Made by a program: the position numbers and the translations under genes. Positions 8,532-17,836 of a DNA stretch of 51,688 bases are shown here, in pieces. The notes under the pieces were generated by a model. It saw only the letters and a program-made list of their open reading frames with translations. It searched no databases and was not told where the DNA came from. Source of the stretch: Candidatus Hodarchaeota archaeon (lineage in GTDB: Archaea > Asgardarchaeota > Heimdallarchaeia > Hodarchaeales > Hodarchaeaceae); NCBI GenBank assembly GCA_016839815.1, contig JAEOTM010000137.1, positions 1 through 51,688 on the forward strand. The letters run 5' to 3'. Positions within the stretch are counted from its first letter, which is position 1. Each line of letters starts with the position of its first letter.

Positions 8532-11507
8532 GTGACTACAAATATTATTTCTAAAACGGTTCCGATTGTGGATAAGATCATCGAAAATGGATTCACTTTG
8601 ATATTTGATACTTCATTCTTGATATGGTCGGCGTGTTTTCTGGTTCTAATTGCCTATGGTATTACTCAACTTTTGGAAAATAAAATAAAACACTCCATTT
8701 TACTCAGTCCCCTTAGACTCGTAAAGATTTCTGGACAATTACTTGTCTATTTCACATCGGTAATAGTTATTGCTCTAGTTGCACTTGGTTTTCCATTAGG
8801 ATCATCCTATGCAAGTCATTTACCAGTTATCTCGGACATGATTGAAACTGATCTAGCTGTAAATAGTGGATTGGCTGCAGTAGGAGTGTTACTAGGGATC
8901 ATGGTTGGTTTGTTACCATTTTATTGGATATATCATAGAGAAAATCAAGAAGAGAGTGAATCTAAAGGAAAAACACCTGTTCTCTTGTTTTTTGTAGTCC
9001 TAGCCATCGTGCTTGCTGTCGCGTTCTTCGTATCGTTCTTACTTGAAGAAAATGATCCACCTGTATCATTTCAGATTTTTGAAACAGCTTTTCTATTTTA
9101 TCTCATACTTCTCTTTTCCATCATTGTTTATCCCATTGCTCGAATAGTTGTTAAACTCTTACCTGTTGAAAAGCTGGAATCAGCAGGAATCTCACAGGGA
9201 GCATTAACCATTGCAGTAATTGGAGCTATTGTTGGCCCCTTCATTTCAGTCTTCGTTATGAATATTACATCCTTTGTTATACCACTTCTTGGATTAACAA
9301 CTCCTGATATTTCTGTATGGACTTATAATGGCGAATTTACTCATATCATTGGACCCCTAATTTTATTAGGCGTTTTAATGATTGCACACAAAATAATCCA
9401 TTCCGCAGGTCAGAAAAGAGGGTTGAATTTTAGTGAAATTGGTGTAATATACTCAACTTTATCAATATCCAGCATTTTTGCAATTCTTCCAATGTGGATC
9501 CTTCGATTTTTAGTATTCGAATTTTTCAAAGGAGCAGGGTCAGTTGGGGGATCAACAGGTGCATATATTCCCTCTGTTTGGATTCCAACATGGCCAGAAG
9601 CAATTAATAATATGGTTTTAGGTGGGGAACCAACTTGGGGATATTGGCTTTTACCAATTTTGTTCTGGTCCCTTTATTTCATCTCTTGGGGTATTGTACA
9701 ATTATCCATGAATATTGTCAATCGTCAGCAATGGATAGAAGTAGAAAGACTAAATTTTCCAGTAGCTCAAGCGATTGTTGAATCATTCAAAGCTGGAGAA
9801 ATTGAAGGTTTAGAAGAAAAATCCAGAGTATTCGGTTTTTCTCCATTTTGGATTGGGGGAATCCTCGGTTTCGCGCTATATATCCCGAGGTTACTAGCAG
9901 CCCTCTCTATACGAAATATAATACCTATTGACTTTGCCGTTCCAGAAGTCTTTAATTGGCTTTACTATGACAATATTGAGAATTTAGGGACGGATCTAGC
10001 CACAGGATTATTCGGGGGAAGTGCAAACAGAGTTACTTTAAACATCAACTTCGCATTAATATGGATCGCATTTGCTTTTCTAATTCCAATTGATATTCTA
10101 CTAGGAGCCATAATATGGTATGTAACCTTTTATATAATTCTTCCTCCAGTACAAGTCAGTTTACGGCTTTACGATAATCCCCCTAATCAAGATGTAGGGA
10201 CGAATTATATATTTGTTGGCCATAGAGCGGGTGCTGTGCGAGATATGTTTTCGTTTACGTTGGAAACACTGTTCACACTCTTATTTATTATATGTCTTTT
10301 AATATTCGTAGTTACGCTAATCAGAAATGCCTTTAAATCGAGAAGAAAACCGCTTGGAGATGAATATTTCGTCCCCCAACCTTTTTTAGCAATGACATCA
10401 CGAATGTGGACCTTAGCTATTTTGTTGTTGGTCTTTCTTATTCTTGGTCCCCTAAATTTGGGAGGTGATTATGTCCCACTAAGTGACGAAACGTTTAGTA
10501 TTGGGGGACTATTTCCGCATTTCATATCACGAGGAATGTGGCTTGGCTTTCCACTAGCTTTAATCTATTTCCAGCGGCAATATTTTGCGCAAACGATAAG
10601 GAAAGCCTTAAACAGAACGAAATCGGTTGAAGAAGACGATGACTACCGATTTGCTTATAGCGCAATTATTATTGGAGTACTAGTTCTCATCATCCTAAAC
10701 TTAATGTCAGGAATGGGTGAATTAGCATTTGCCTTCCCAATTTTCTTTATCTTAATTTATTGGACATGGACTCGTGTACGAGCTGAAACAGGATTTATGT
10801 CCTTCTTTATGATGTACGGACCATGGTTACATGAACAAGAGGCTTTACCTTATATCTACTGGCATCTTCAAGGAAATACCAACTCCCAACAAATGTCTAC
10901 TACAGGAATAATGTTTATCTATCTTTCAACAGACAGGGCATTAGGTGCAGCTCCTCAGCCAGCGAGTATGGAGAGTTTCAAGCTTGCTGATATGGCAGGA
11001 GTCCCTCCCCGGCGGTTATACCCACTCCAAATCATGGCAGTTATTTTTGGAGTAGTATTAGTATTTCCCTTAGTGGTTTGGGGAACTTATTACTTTGGAT
11101 GGACAGATTTCAAAGAATTTAGTGAATTTGATTTCGGCCTTTGGGAAGGAGCTGTGGGTTCAAATGTTACTGGAGACAAGATTACTGGACTCCCACCCGA
11201 ATGGCAAGGGTGGATTATGCAATTTTTTGCGGGGATTCCGCTCGCGTTTCTTATTGTTTGGGCCCAACAAACTTTTCTGTGGTTCCCTCTCTCAGTACCA
11301 GCTATAATTTATGGAGATGCCGCAATGACTGGTATGGGATTGTTGGTTCCCAATATAATAGCTTATTTATTAAAATCATTCATTTTTAGATATGGTGGTA
11401 CAAGGATTTATGAAAAGATTGCATTTCCACTAGCTGCAGGCTTTTTCATATTTGGCTTGTCAAGTTTCTGGCTTTCAGAAGGTATAGGACAGCATGCTAG
11501 TTTGTAA
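8532..11507 (+). CDS. Large polytopic membrane protein, OPT-superfamily-like (DUF6785/DUF6784-like) with extra N-terminal TM bundle
   Basis: About 20 or more hydrophobic segments; RQQWIEVERLNFPVAQ, FWIGG, TRVRAETG, FRYGGTRIYEKIAFPLAAGF motifs. Confidence 0.75.
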   Translation: MTTNIISKTVPIVDKIIENGFTLIFDTSFLIWSACFLVLIAYGITQLLENKIKHSILLSPLRLVKISGQLLVYFTSVIVIALVALGFPLGSSYASHLPVISDMIETDLAVNSGLAAVGVLLGIMVGLLPFYWIYHRENQEESESKGKTPVLLFFVVLAIVLAVAFFVSFLLEENDPPVSFQIFETAFLFYLILLFSIIVYPIARIVVKLLPVEKLESAGISQGALTIAVIGAIVGPFISVFVMNITSFVIPLLGLTTPDISVWTYNGEFTHIIGPLILLGVLMIAHKIIHSAGQKRGLNFSEIGVIYSTLSISSIFAILPMWILRFLVFEFFKGAGSVGGSTGAYIPSVWIPTWPEAINNMVLGGEPTWGYWLLPILFWSLYFISWGIVQLSMNIVNRQQWIEVERLNFPVAQAIVESFKAGEIEGLEEKSRVFGFSPFWIGGILGFALYIPRLLAALSIRNIIPIDFAVPEVFNWLYYDNIENLGTDLATGLFGGSANRVTLNINFALIWIAFAFLIPIDILLGAIIWYVTFYIILPPVQVSLRLYDNPPNQDVGTNYIFVGHRAGAVRDMFSFTLETLFTLLFIICLLIFVVTLIRNAFKSRRKPLGDEYFVPQPFLAMTSRMWTLAILLLVFLILGPLNLGGDYVPLSDETFSIGGLFPHFISRGMWLGFPLALIYFQRQYFAQTIRKALNRTKSVEEDDDYRFAYSAIIIGVLVLIILNLMSGMGELAFAFPIFFILIYWTWTRVRAETGFMSFFMMYGPWLHEQEALPYIYWHLQGNTNSQQMSTTGIMFIYLSTDRALGAAPQPASMESFKLADMAGVPPRRLYPLQIMAVIFGVVLVFPLVVWGTYYFGWTDFKEFSEFDFGLWEGAVGSNVTGDKITGLPPEWQGWIMQFFAGIPLAFLIVWAQQTFLWFPLSVPAIIYGDAAMTGMGLLVPNIIAYLLKSFIFRYGGTRIYEKIAFPLAAGFFIFGLSSFWLSEGIGQHASL

Positions 11508-11519
11508 GGAGAATTTATC

Positions 11520-13580
11520 ATGGTAGACAATTCAGAAGTATCATATGATGACGGAACAATTCAATTAGATTCCCCTGATCTCGATGATAGCGGAGTTGAT
11601 TCAGGAGAGGAAGAATTACTCCCTGTCTTTCGTGAAAAACCTGAATGGAAATCAGGAGCTAGCTGGCGAGTTGGTCTTGCAATAATTTATGGGACAATTG
11701 TACTTCAACCAGCAGCAATCTGGCTGTCTTGGACAGTAGGACTTCAACCATGGCAGCTAGTTTCCTCATTCGAGTATACGGCTATTATTCTTTTTTCCAC
11801 ATTGGCTGCTAGATCGGGTAAAAATCTAAGTCGTCAGGAAGCTTTCGTCCTTTTTTCAAATGTCGGAACTACAATTGTTGAATCCATAGCAGCGAATTTC
11901 ATCTTCTTTTACTACCTGTCAAGAAAATCTCCCGCAGCAATTACATATGGATTTGACGCAGGAGGTAGCAATCCTGCACCGAATTGGTTTGCACCACTAG
12001 AAATTGTAGGTCGGACTTTCCTAGATGCTGCTTGGATACCTTCCATTCTACTCTGGATCATTGTTTTTGGTGTTTTAGTTAAATTAGTAGATCTGTCAGT
12101 TGGATTTATCACATATCAACTTTTTGTCGTCGAGGAACGCCTTCCGTTCCCAGGCGCACAGGTTTGGGCTAACGCATGTGTTGCAATATCTGAAAAAGCA
12201 AAAATGCCTCGTAAAAGTCGTATTCTAGTATATAGTTCAATGATTGGAATTGGTTTTTCACTCGTAGTTCATAGTACATGGATTCTGTTTGGTAGACCAA
12301 TTTTAATTAATCCATGGATTGATGCTACTGGAAGTTTAGAAACTTTTGGATTTGAAGGCGCGAGCTTTGGGATTTTGCTTGATCTAATCCTTTTCGCAGG
12401 GGGATTTGTTATGCCATTCAAAATGGTTGCATCGATTTTTATTGGAGGTCTTATTGCATATACAATTGGAGGGGCCTTAATTCGAAATGATTTTGCTGGT
12501 CTTGGATATCTCTATCCATGGAGTCCAGGGGGTCAATATGGTCTCAGTGAAGTTTTTGAAACGCTATTGTTACGAGTTTGGGTTTCACCTATTATTGGGT
12601 TTGCTGTTGCTGCAGGGATGGTTCCAATAATTCGAAATCGGCATACAATTTGGGCTGGCATCAAAAAAATAAGAGATATTCGTGATATACAAGAGCGAAG
12701 GGATATGATTCCTTTATGGTTAATAATGTCAATGTTCTTAGGAGGAACGCTTGGCTCAGTTATCATTACAGTCATTCTTGTACCAGAATTATTACCTTTG
12801 ATCTGGTTATTACTATTGCTATCTGTAGTGTGGACATTTTTCTTCAACATAATAAATGCAAGAATTATAGGAGAATCTTGGGTCGGTTTAAGTATTCCTT
12901 ATGTAGCTCAAGGATCGTATTACGCGGTTGGATACACAGGTTATAAAGCGTTTTTTGCACCCCTTCTTGTTGGCGGTGCTGGTGGTCCTGGTCATGGTGG
13001 TATAGCTCCTGGAGGATATGGATGGGCATCTGTATTCAAAGCATGCCGTATGACTGAAACTGACATTAGATCTTATCTAAAAATATATTTCTTCGCATTT
13101 CCACTGACAATGTTAGTATCATTTGTATGGGTTCAAGCATTTTGGCAATTTTCTGACATCCCCTCCTCATTATTTAATTACACTGCAGAATTCTGGCCAG
13201 TAAACGCTCAAGCTGCATTAATATGGCCAGCAGAAAATTTACCTGACGTAGAAGGACTTGGATATGAGCTATTCCACTTAGATTGGATGGCATTAGCGTT
13301 TATTGGTGGTTTTATTCTAACTTGGACTTTCTCAGCTTTTGCCATACCATTTGAAATGGTAGGATTAACTATAGGTCTTTCCCAACCAATTCTATTTAGT
13401 TCTATTGCATTCTTGGGAGCGCTTTTTGGTAAATTAATGGAACGAATGAGAGGTAAGGAATGGTGGCAAGAAAATCGAAATGTAATTGCTGCTGGTTTTG
13501 GTCTTGGTGAAGGATTAACGATTGCAATTGTTGCTGCGATCGCTCTTATCTCACGTGCCATGTGGATTTGGCCAATCTAG
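11520..13580 (+). CDS. OPT/YSL oligopeptide-transporter-like membrane protein
   Basis: Acidic N-terminus, SWRVGLAIIYG, LSRQEAFV, VEERLPFPGAQ, AAGFGLGEGL; many TM segments; AGGAGA RBS. Confidence 0.8.
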   Translation: MVDNSEVSYDDGTIQLDSPDLDDSGVDSGEEELLPVFREKPEWKSGASWRVGLAIIYGTIVLQPAAIWLSWTVGLQPWQLVSSFEYTAIILFSTLAARSGKNLSRQEAFVLFSNVGTTIVESIAANFIFFYYLSRKSPAAITYGFDAGGSNPAPNWFAPLEIVGRTFLDAAWIPSILLWIIVFGVLVKLVDLSVGFITYQLFVVEERLPFPGAQVWANACVAISEKAKMPRKSRILVYSSMIGIGFSLVVHSTWILFGRPILINPWIDATGSLETFGFEGASFGILLDLILFAGGFVMPFKMVASIFIGGLIAYTIGGALIRNDFAGLGYLYPWSPGGQYGLSEVFETLLLRVWVSPIIGFAVAAGMVPIIRNRHTIWAGIKKIRDIRDIQERRDMIPLWLIMSMFLGGTLGSVIITVILVPELLPLIWLLLLLSVVWTFFFNIINARIIGESWVGLSIPYVAQGSYYAVGYTGYKAFFAPLLVGGAGGPGHGGIAPGGYGWASVFKACRMTETDIRSYLKIYFFAFPLTMLVSFVWVQAFWQFSDIPSSLFNYTAEFWPVNAQAALIWPAENLPDVEGLGYELFHLDWMALAFIGGFILTWTFSAFAIPFEMVGLTIGLSQPILFSSIAFLGALFGKLMERMRGKEWWQENRNVIAAGFGLGEGLTIAIVAAIALISRAMWIWPI

Positions 13581-14812
13581 GTGAATTCCGAATTGCAGTC
13601 AGAACTCGAAAGTTTTTTCGATTCTGACTCTCCCCAGAAAGCAAATCTCAGAATTTTACTATACATATATCCACAACTAATTGCCATCGGAATTTCAAAC
13701 ATCGTCAAATACTGAGGCCATTTTGTTTGCCATAATACTAAGAAAGCTATGTTCACAAAGTAAAATACAATAATTGAAGTATATTTTACCGACAATTCCT
13801 TTGTTTCCTTATTGTATGCTGCGGATGCCAAGAAAGCAAGTCCAAAAATTGACCCAATAAACAATATCCCGTCCAAGTACACAATAGGAAAATGTTCATG
13901 CCATATTGTCGGATTGGTTTCTCCTAGTAACCAATCAAACTGTTTGAATGGATCTGGGTCCATTGCTTCCTCTCCCTGAGAATAATCGTAATGAAAGAAT
14001 ATTGACTGGATAAACTCTGTAGGACTGTTCATTGTTCTCGGATTAAAGATACAGAATGATACCGTAAAGATAACTCCCCAGAGAAGAATCTTCTGGACAA
14101 ATTTCTTATTTACGAATTGATTCAACTGAAGCTTTGATTTTGATAAGAAGCCAGCAGATCTAGGAGTATCCTCTTCTTCATCTAAAAAGGCCATTAGTAA
14201 GAAAACTGTACCTCCAACTAATAAGCCTGGATATTTCGCTGCAAACGCTGCTGCGGAGAAGATAGCACTTAGATTCCACCATTTATCACCTGTTTTCCTT
14301 ATATAATACAACATTATCAATGCTAATAAAGCAAAGAATGATAAACTTGCTTCTAGGTATGCTTGAGCTGTATATTTAATTGAATAACTTGAAATTGCCC
14401 AGAATAAAGCTGGAAATAGTCCGAATTCCTTCCAAAGTAGAATACTTATGCCAGTTGCTAGAATAATTGAGATAAATCTTGCAGCCATTAAATTATCCAT
14501 GTCAAAAATCGTTCCTTCCCCAAACAATAGAATCCCTAATCCCATGAGGATTTTCCCAAAAGTAGGATGTTCAGGATTTTCCTCCTCAGTTATTATTTCA
14601 GCCCAGTCCCATTCTCTAATAGCTTCTGCATACGTCTCAGCAATTGGAACATATACCATTTCATCAAAATCACGGTCAGAATATGGATTATCTAAATACA
14701 TCGTATTAGCAGCTTGAAATCTCAGAGAAAAGGTCAGTATGATAATAAAACTTAGTGATAAAATGCTAATAATCAGTGGGGAGTATTTCTGTACTTCTAC
14801 TTGGAAACCCAT
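13577..14812 (-). CDS. GT-C fold glycosyltransferase (GT39/PMT-ArnT-like)
   Basis: DFDEMVY acidic motif after TM1, NPEHPTFGK, AARF, AAKYPG, multiple TM helices, KWPQY. Confidence 0.8.
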   Translation of the reverse strand: MGFQVEVQKYSPLIISILSLSFIIILTFSLRFQAANTMYLDNPYSDRDFDEMVYVPIAETYAEAIREWDWAEIITEEENPEHPTFGKILMGLGILLFGEGTIFDMDNLMAARFISIILATGISILLWKEFGLFPALFWAISSYSIKYTAQAYLEASLSFFALLALIMLYYIRKTGDKWWNLSAIFSAAAFAAKYPGLLVGGTVFLLMAFLDEEEDTPRSAGFLSKSKLQLNQFVNKKFVQKILLWGVIFTVSFCIFNPRTMNSPTEFIQSIFFHYDYSQGEEAMDPDPFKQFDWLLGETNPTIWHEHFPIVYLDGILFIGSIFGLAFLASAAYNKETKELSVKYTSIIVFYFVNIAFLVLWQTKWPQYLTMFEIPMAISCGYMYSKILRFAFWGESESKKLSSSDCNSEFT

Positions 14813-14896
14813 TTACATTCAATTCGTTATTTTCTTGAAAATAAATAAATTTGTTGTATACTTTTGATTTGATTATTCATTTAGGAGGTACACCTC

Positions 14897-17836
14897 ATGA
14901 AACGACTCAAGTTATCCATACTTCTAATTCTTATTCTCCCACTATTTATACTACCAATGAATAATCTAATTTCTGTAACAGAATCACTACAAAGTGAGAG
15001 ATTAGATGGCATAAGAAGCACTATAGCGTCTACTTCCGACTCTACATTCGGGTATGAGAATACAACAAATGGAATTAAGATTTTCAACTCAGAATTTAAT
15101 GTTACTATCAGCAAGAATGGATCAAAATTCAGTCAGTGGTTTATCAAAGATAATAATATTGATCTAGCTAATAAAACATCAGAATTTCAAGGAGTACCCA
15201 TGTATTCCCCCATGGATATCCTTCCGGATTTGGGGTGGAATGAGGAGAACTATCGAGATCTATATAGTATTACAGCTATAGAAGAGTCTCCAACTGTTAT
15301 CAAAATTACTTTTAACAAAACTCTCTCAAATAATATGGAACTTCTGAAAACCTATGAAATTTTTCCAGATCGTGCAGATATCAATATTACTGAGCAGATT
15401 TATAATCCTACGGGTGAAATATATAATTTAACATCACTCTGGAATCCCTCTGGTGTTGAAGGATTCATGATTGATCTTCTTGGCCTTAAGCAAGAAAGAC
15501 TCACATTTCGTCATGATGAAGGAGTGGAAATAAATTCCGGTTTACATTGGCAGTGGTTGAATGTCTCTAATCTTCGGTGGGTAGGATTGTATGAACCTGA
15601 CTCCTATGCACGTATTATTAGGCCATTTAATGATTCAAGTAGTATCTATGGTGAGTGGACTAGCTGGGATGTTAAGATTGCCCGATTGTCCTTTTTTCCT
15701 TATATTCTTTCTTCACATAATTCTGTACGTTACAAATATAGTTTATACGGCGGTGCTATTGATTTCAATAATTTAAATAATTCCAATCTATCTGATTTTT
15801 ACTTATTTGCAACGGGGCCTAATGTGAAACTTGACATGAATAATAAATGGACAATTCAACCTAATGAGAATTTTTCCGCTCGTTTTGAGATGATATCTAC
15901 TCAAATCGCTATTAATAATTTAACACTCCAGTATTTTGTTAATGATGTTCTAATCAATGAAACGGCTGATTACAACTTGGACGTCAATGTTACTACAATC
16001 GTGAACTATTCTCTTCCCATTCCACATCCCGAGGGAATCTATAGACTCCGTGTAGTTGGGATTGTGAATAATCTTGATATTTTCTCTATCCAGAAAGCTC
16101 TTGTTGTTCTGGATGATGCTATACCACGCGATGAAGTATCCTTATCTTTTGTTTTTCATCATCATCAACCTTGGTATATTAATCCAGTAGGGAACTTTAT
16201 TCAACCCTTCGCTCAAAGCTTTGGCAATTTATACTATCAACATTTGGCAGCTCAATATATGTATCCTGATGTTCATGTCACTGCAAATCTACAACCGAGT
16301 TTACTTGAACAATGGAATCAATCCCTAGATGGATACACTCTTGAGCTCCCATCTGGGCAAACTCTAATTGTACCCAGTGACAGTGCAGAGGTATTACTTG
16401 TTAAAAACTTAATAGAGGAATTTTCCATATTAGGTCAAACTGAGCGTTTAGAAATTCTAACTAGCCCGTTTTTTCACCCCATTTTAGCGATTTTAGGAAA
16501 TCAAGGGTATGAGGAGGATGCAATTGCACAAATCCTACTAGGAAAGGAGAAGACGCAAGCTTTACTGGATATATCTCCTAATGGTTTGTGGAGTCCTGAA
16601 CAGACGTTTAATAGTTACGTTATTCCGATATTAAACAGAACCAACATTAAATATACTATATTGGATGACCGACTCTTAGCTGATTCTTACCCTGGATTTA
16701 CTAATCGTCAACCGTATTACCTCGTAGATCCTCAAACCCAATTACAGACCATCGCCTTTTTTCGAGATTCAGAAATTTCGAATAATATTGCATTTAATTG
16801 GAATGGTTATAGTGATGGAGATGAAGCTGTTAGAGAATTTCTCGCAAGTTTAGCACAGATTCTGCTTTCTCAACAAGATCAAAGTATAAATGGCAAGATT
16901 CATGTTACACTAGCGATTGACGGAGAAAACTGGTTGACAGATAACAATTTACTCGAACGGATGTATCAAGTTGTTCATGAAAATGCATTTCTAAGCACCG
17001 AGACATTGAGTGAACAGTTAATTCAAAATCCCCCGGAGGAATACTTATGGGACTTACGTGAAGGTTCATGGGGTCGACAAACAAGTTTAATAACCTGGGA
17101 AGGTACTCCTGCAAAGGATTGGGTATGGGAGCATATTGACCGTGTTCGTGAAGGTGTATTACTTGCGAACGCCTCATTAGCTCCTGAAAATGGTTATCGA
17201 CAGAATATGATGCAAGAGTATTTTATTTCGCAAGGATCTGACTATACATTCTGGGAAGAAACAAACCCTTCATTCTTAGCAATATTTGCGGGATCCTATG
17301 CTAATCATAGCTTAGAATTAGCCCAAGATATTATCAGTAATGGCCCTTCCCTTGATTCATTCATAGTTGATGGATTAATTGATGCAGAAAAATTATTTAT
17401 TGATCTAACTATTAATAACCCATCTCCTGAACCATCATTTATTAAAATAAGAGCAAGAATATTCTCTGAAGGAAGAGTACTTGTGGATGACAAATCACAA
17501 TTACCATTTGAAGCTTCTACTGGTTCACATGACTATGCAATCACCATTAATTTTCCCCATTGGGTATCTCAATCGTTAGGAAATTCATTTGAGGTGAATA
17601 TTACATTTATTTCAGGTTATGGATTCTACGCATTATCTTCCATGAAAGTGGACGTCCAGCTCATTGAAGAATCAACTACGAACACAACCACCATTACCAC
17701 TCTTACTAGTATTAGTACTAGTGAAATTACAACAACAGAAGATGCTGCTACAGGATTTATTTCATTTACAATCCTCATAGGTTTTATCGTTACTGGTCTA
17801 GTTAAAAAGAAAAAAGAGAAGATTAGAAAATTCTAA
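14897..17836 (+). CDS. Secreted, C-terminally anchored glycoside hydrolase family 57 (amylopullulanase-like), paralogue 1
   Basis: Signal peptide; GH57 regions FHHHQP, TSPFFHPIL, GLWSPE (nucleophile), AIDGENW (acid/base), SQGSDYTFW; Thr-rich linker + TM + KKKK tail. AGGAGGT RBS. Confidence 0.9.
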   Translation: MKRLKLSILLILILPLFILPMNNLISVTESLQSERLDGIRSTIASTSDSTFGYENTTNGIKIFNSEFNVTISKNGSKFSQWFIKDNNIDLANKTSEFQGVPMYSPMDILPDLGWNEENYRDLYSITAIEESPTVIKITFNKTLSNNMELLKTYEIFPDRADINITEQIYNPTGEIYNLTSLWNPSGVEGFMIDLLGLKQERLTFRHDEGVEINSGLHWQWLNVSNLRWVGLYEPDSYARIIRPFNDSSSIYGEWTSWDVKIARLSFFPYILSSHNSVRYKYSLYGGAIDFNNLNNSNLSDFYLFATGPNVKLDMNNKWTIQPNENFSARFEMISTQIAINNLTLQYFVNDVLINETADYNLDVNVTTIVNYSLPIPHPEGIYRLRVVGIVNNLDIFSIQKALVVLDDAIPRDEVSLSFVFHHHQPWYINPVGNFIQPFAQSFGNLYYQHLAAQYMYPDVHVTANLQPSLLEQWNQSLDGYTLELPSGQTLIVPSDSAEVLLVKNLIEEFSILGQTERLEILTSPFFHPILAILGNQGYEEDAIAQILLGKEKTQALLDISPNGLWSPEQTFNSYVIPILNRTNIKYTILDDRLLADSYPGFTNRQPYYLVDPQTQLQTIAFFRDSEISNNIAFNWNGYSDGDEAVREFLASLAQILLSQQDQSINGKIHVTLAIDGENWLTDNNLLERMYQVVHENAFLSTETLSEQLIQNPPEEYLWDLREGSWGRQTSLITWEGTPAKDWVWEHIDRVREGVLLANASLAPENGYRQNMMQEYFISQGSDYTFWEETNPSFLAIFAGSYANHSLELAQDIISNGPSLDSFIVDGLIDAEKLFIDLTINNPSPEPSFIKIRARIFSEGRVLVDDKSQLPFEASTGSHDYAITINFPHWVSQSLGNSFEVNITFISGYGFYALSSMKVDVQLIEESTTNTTTITTLTSISTSEITTTEDAATGFISFTILIGFIVTGLVKKKKEKIRKF

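Noticed and set aside
13577-17836. Convergent genes with overlapping stop codons (CTAG at 13577-13580; 17833-17836)
   Set aside because: Real but ordinary in compact genomes; no evidence of a regulatory role.
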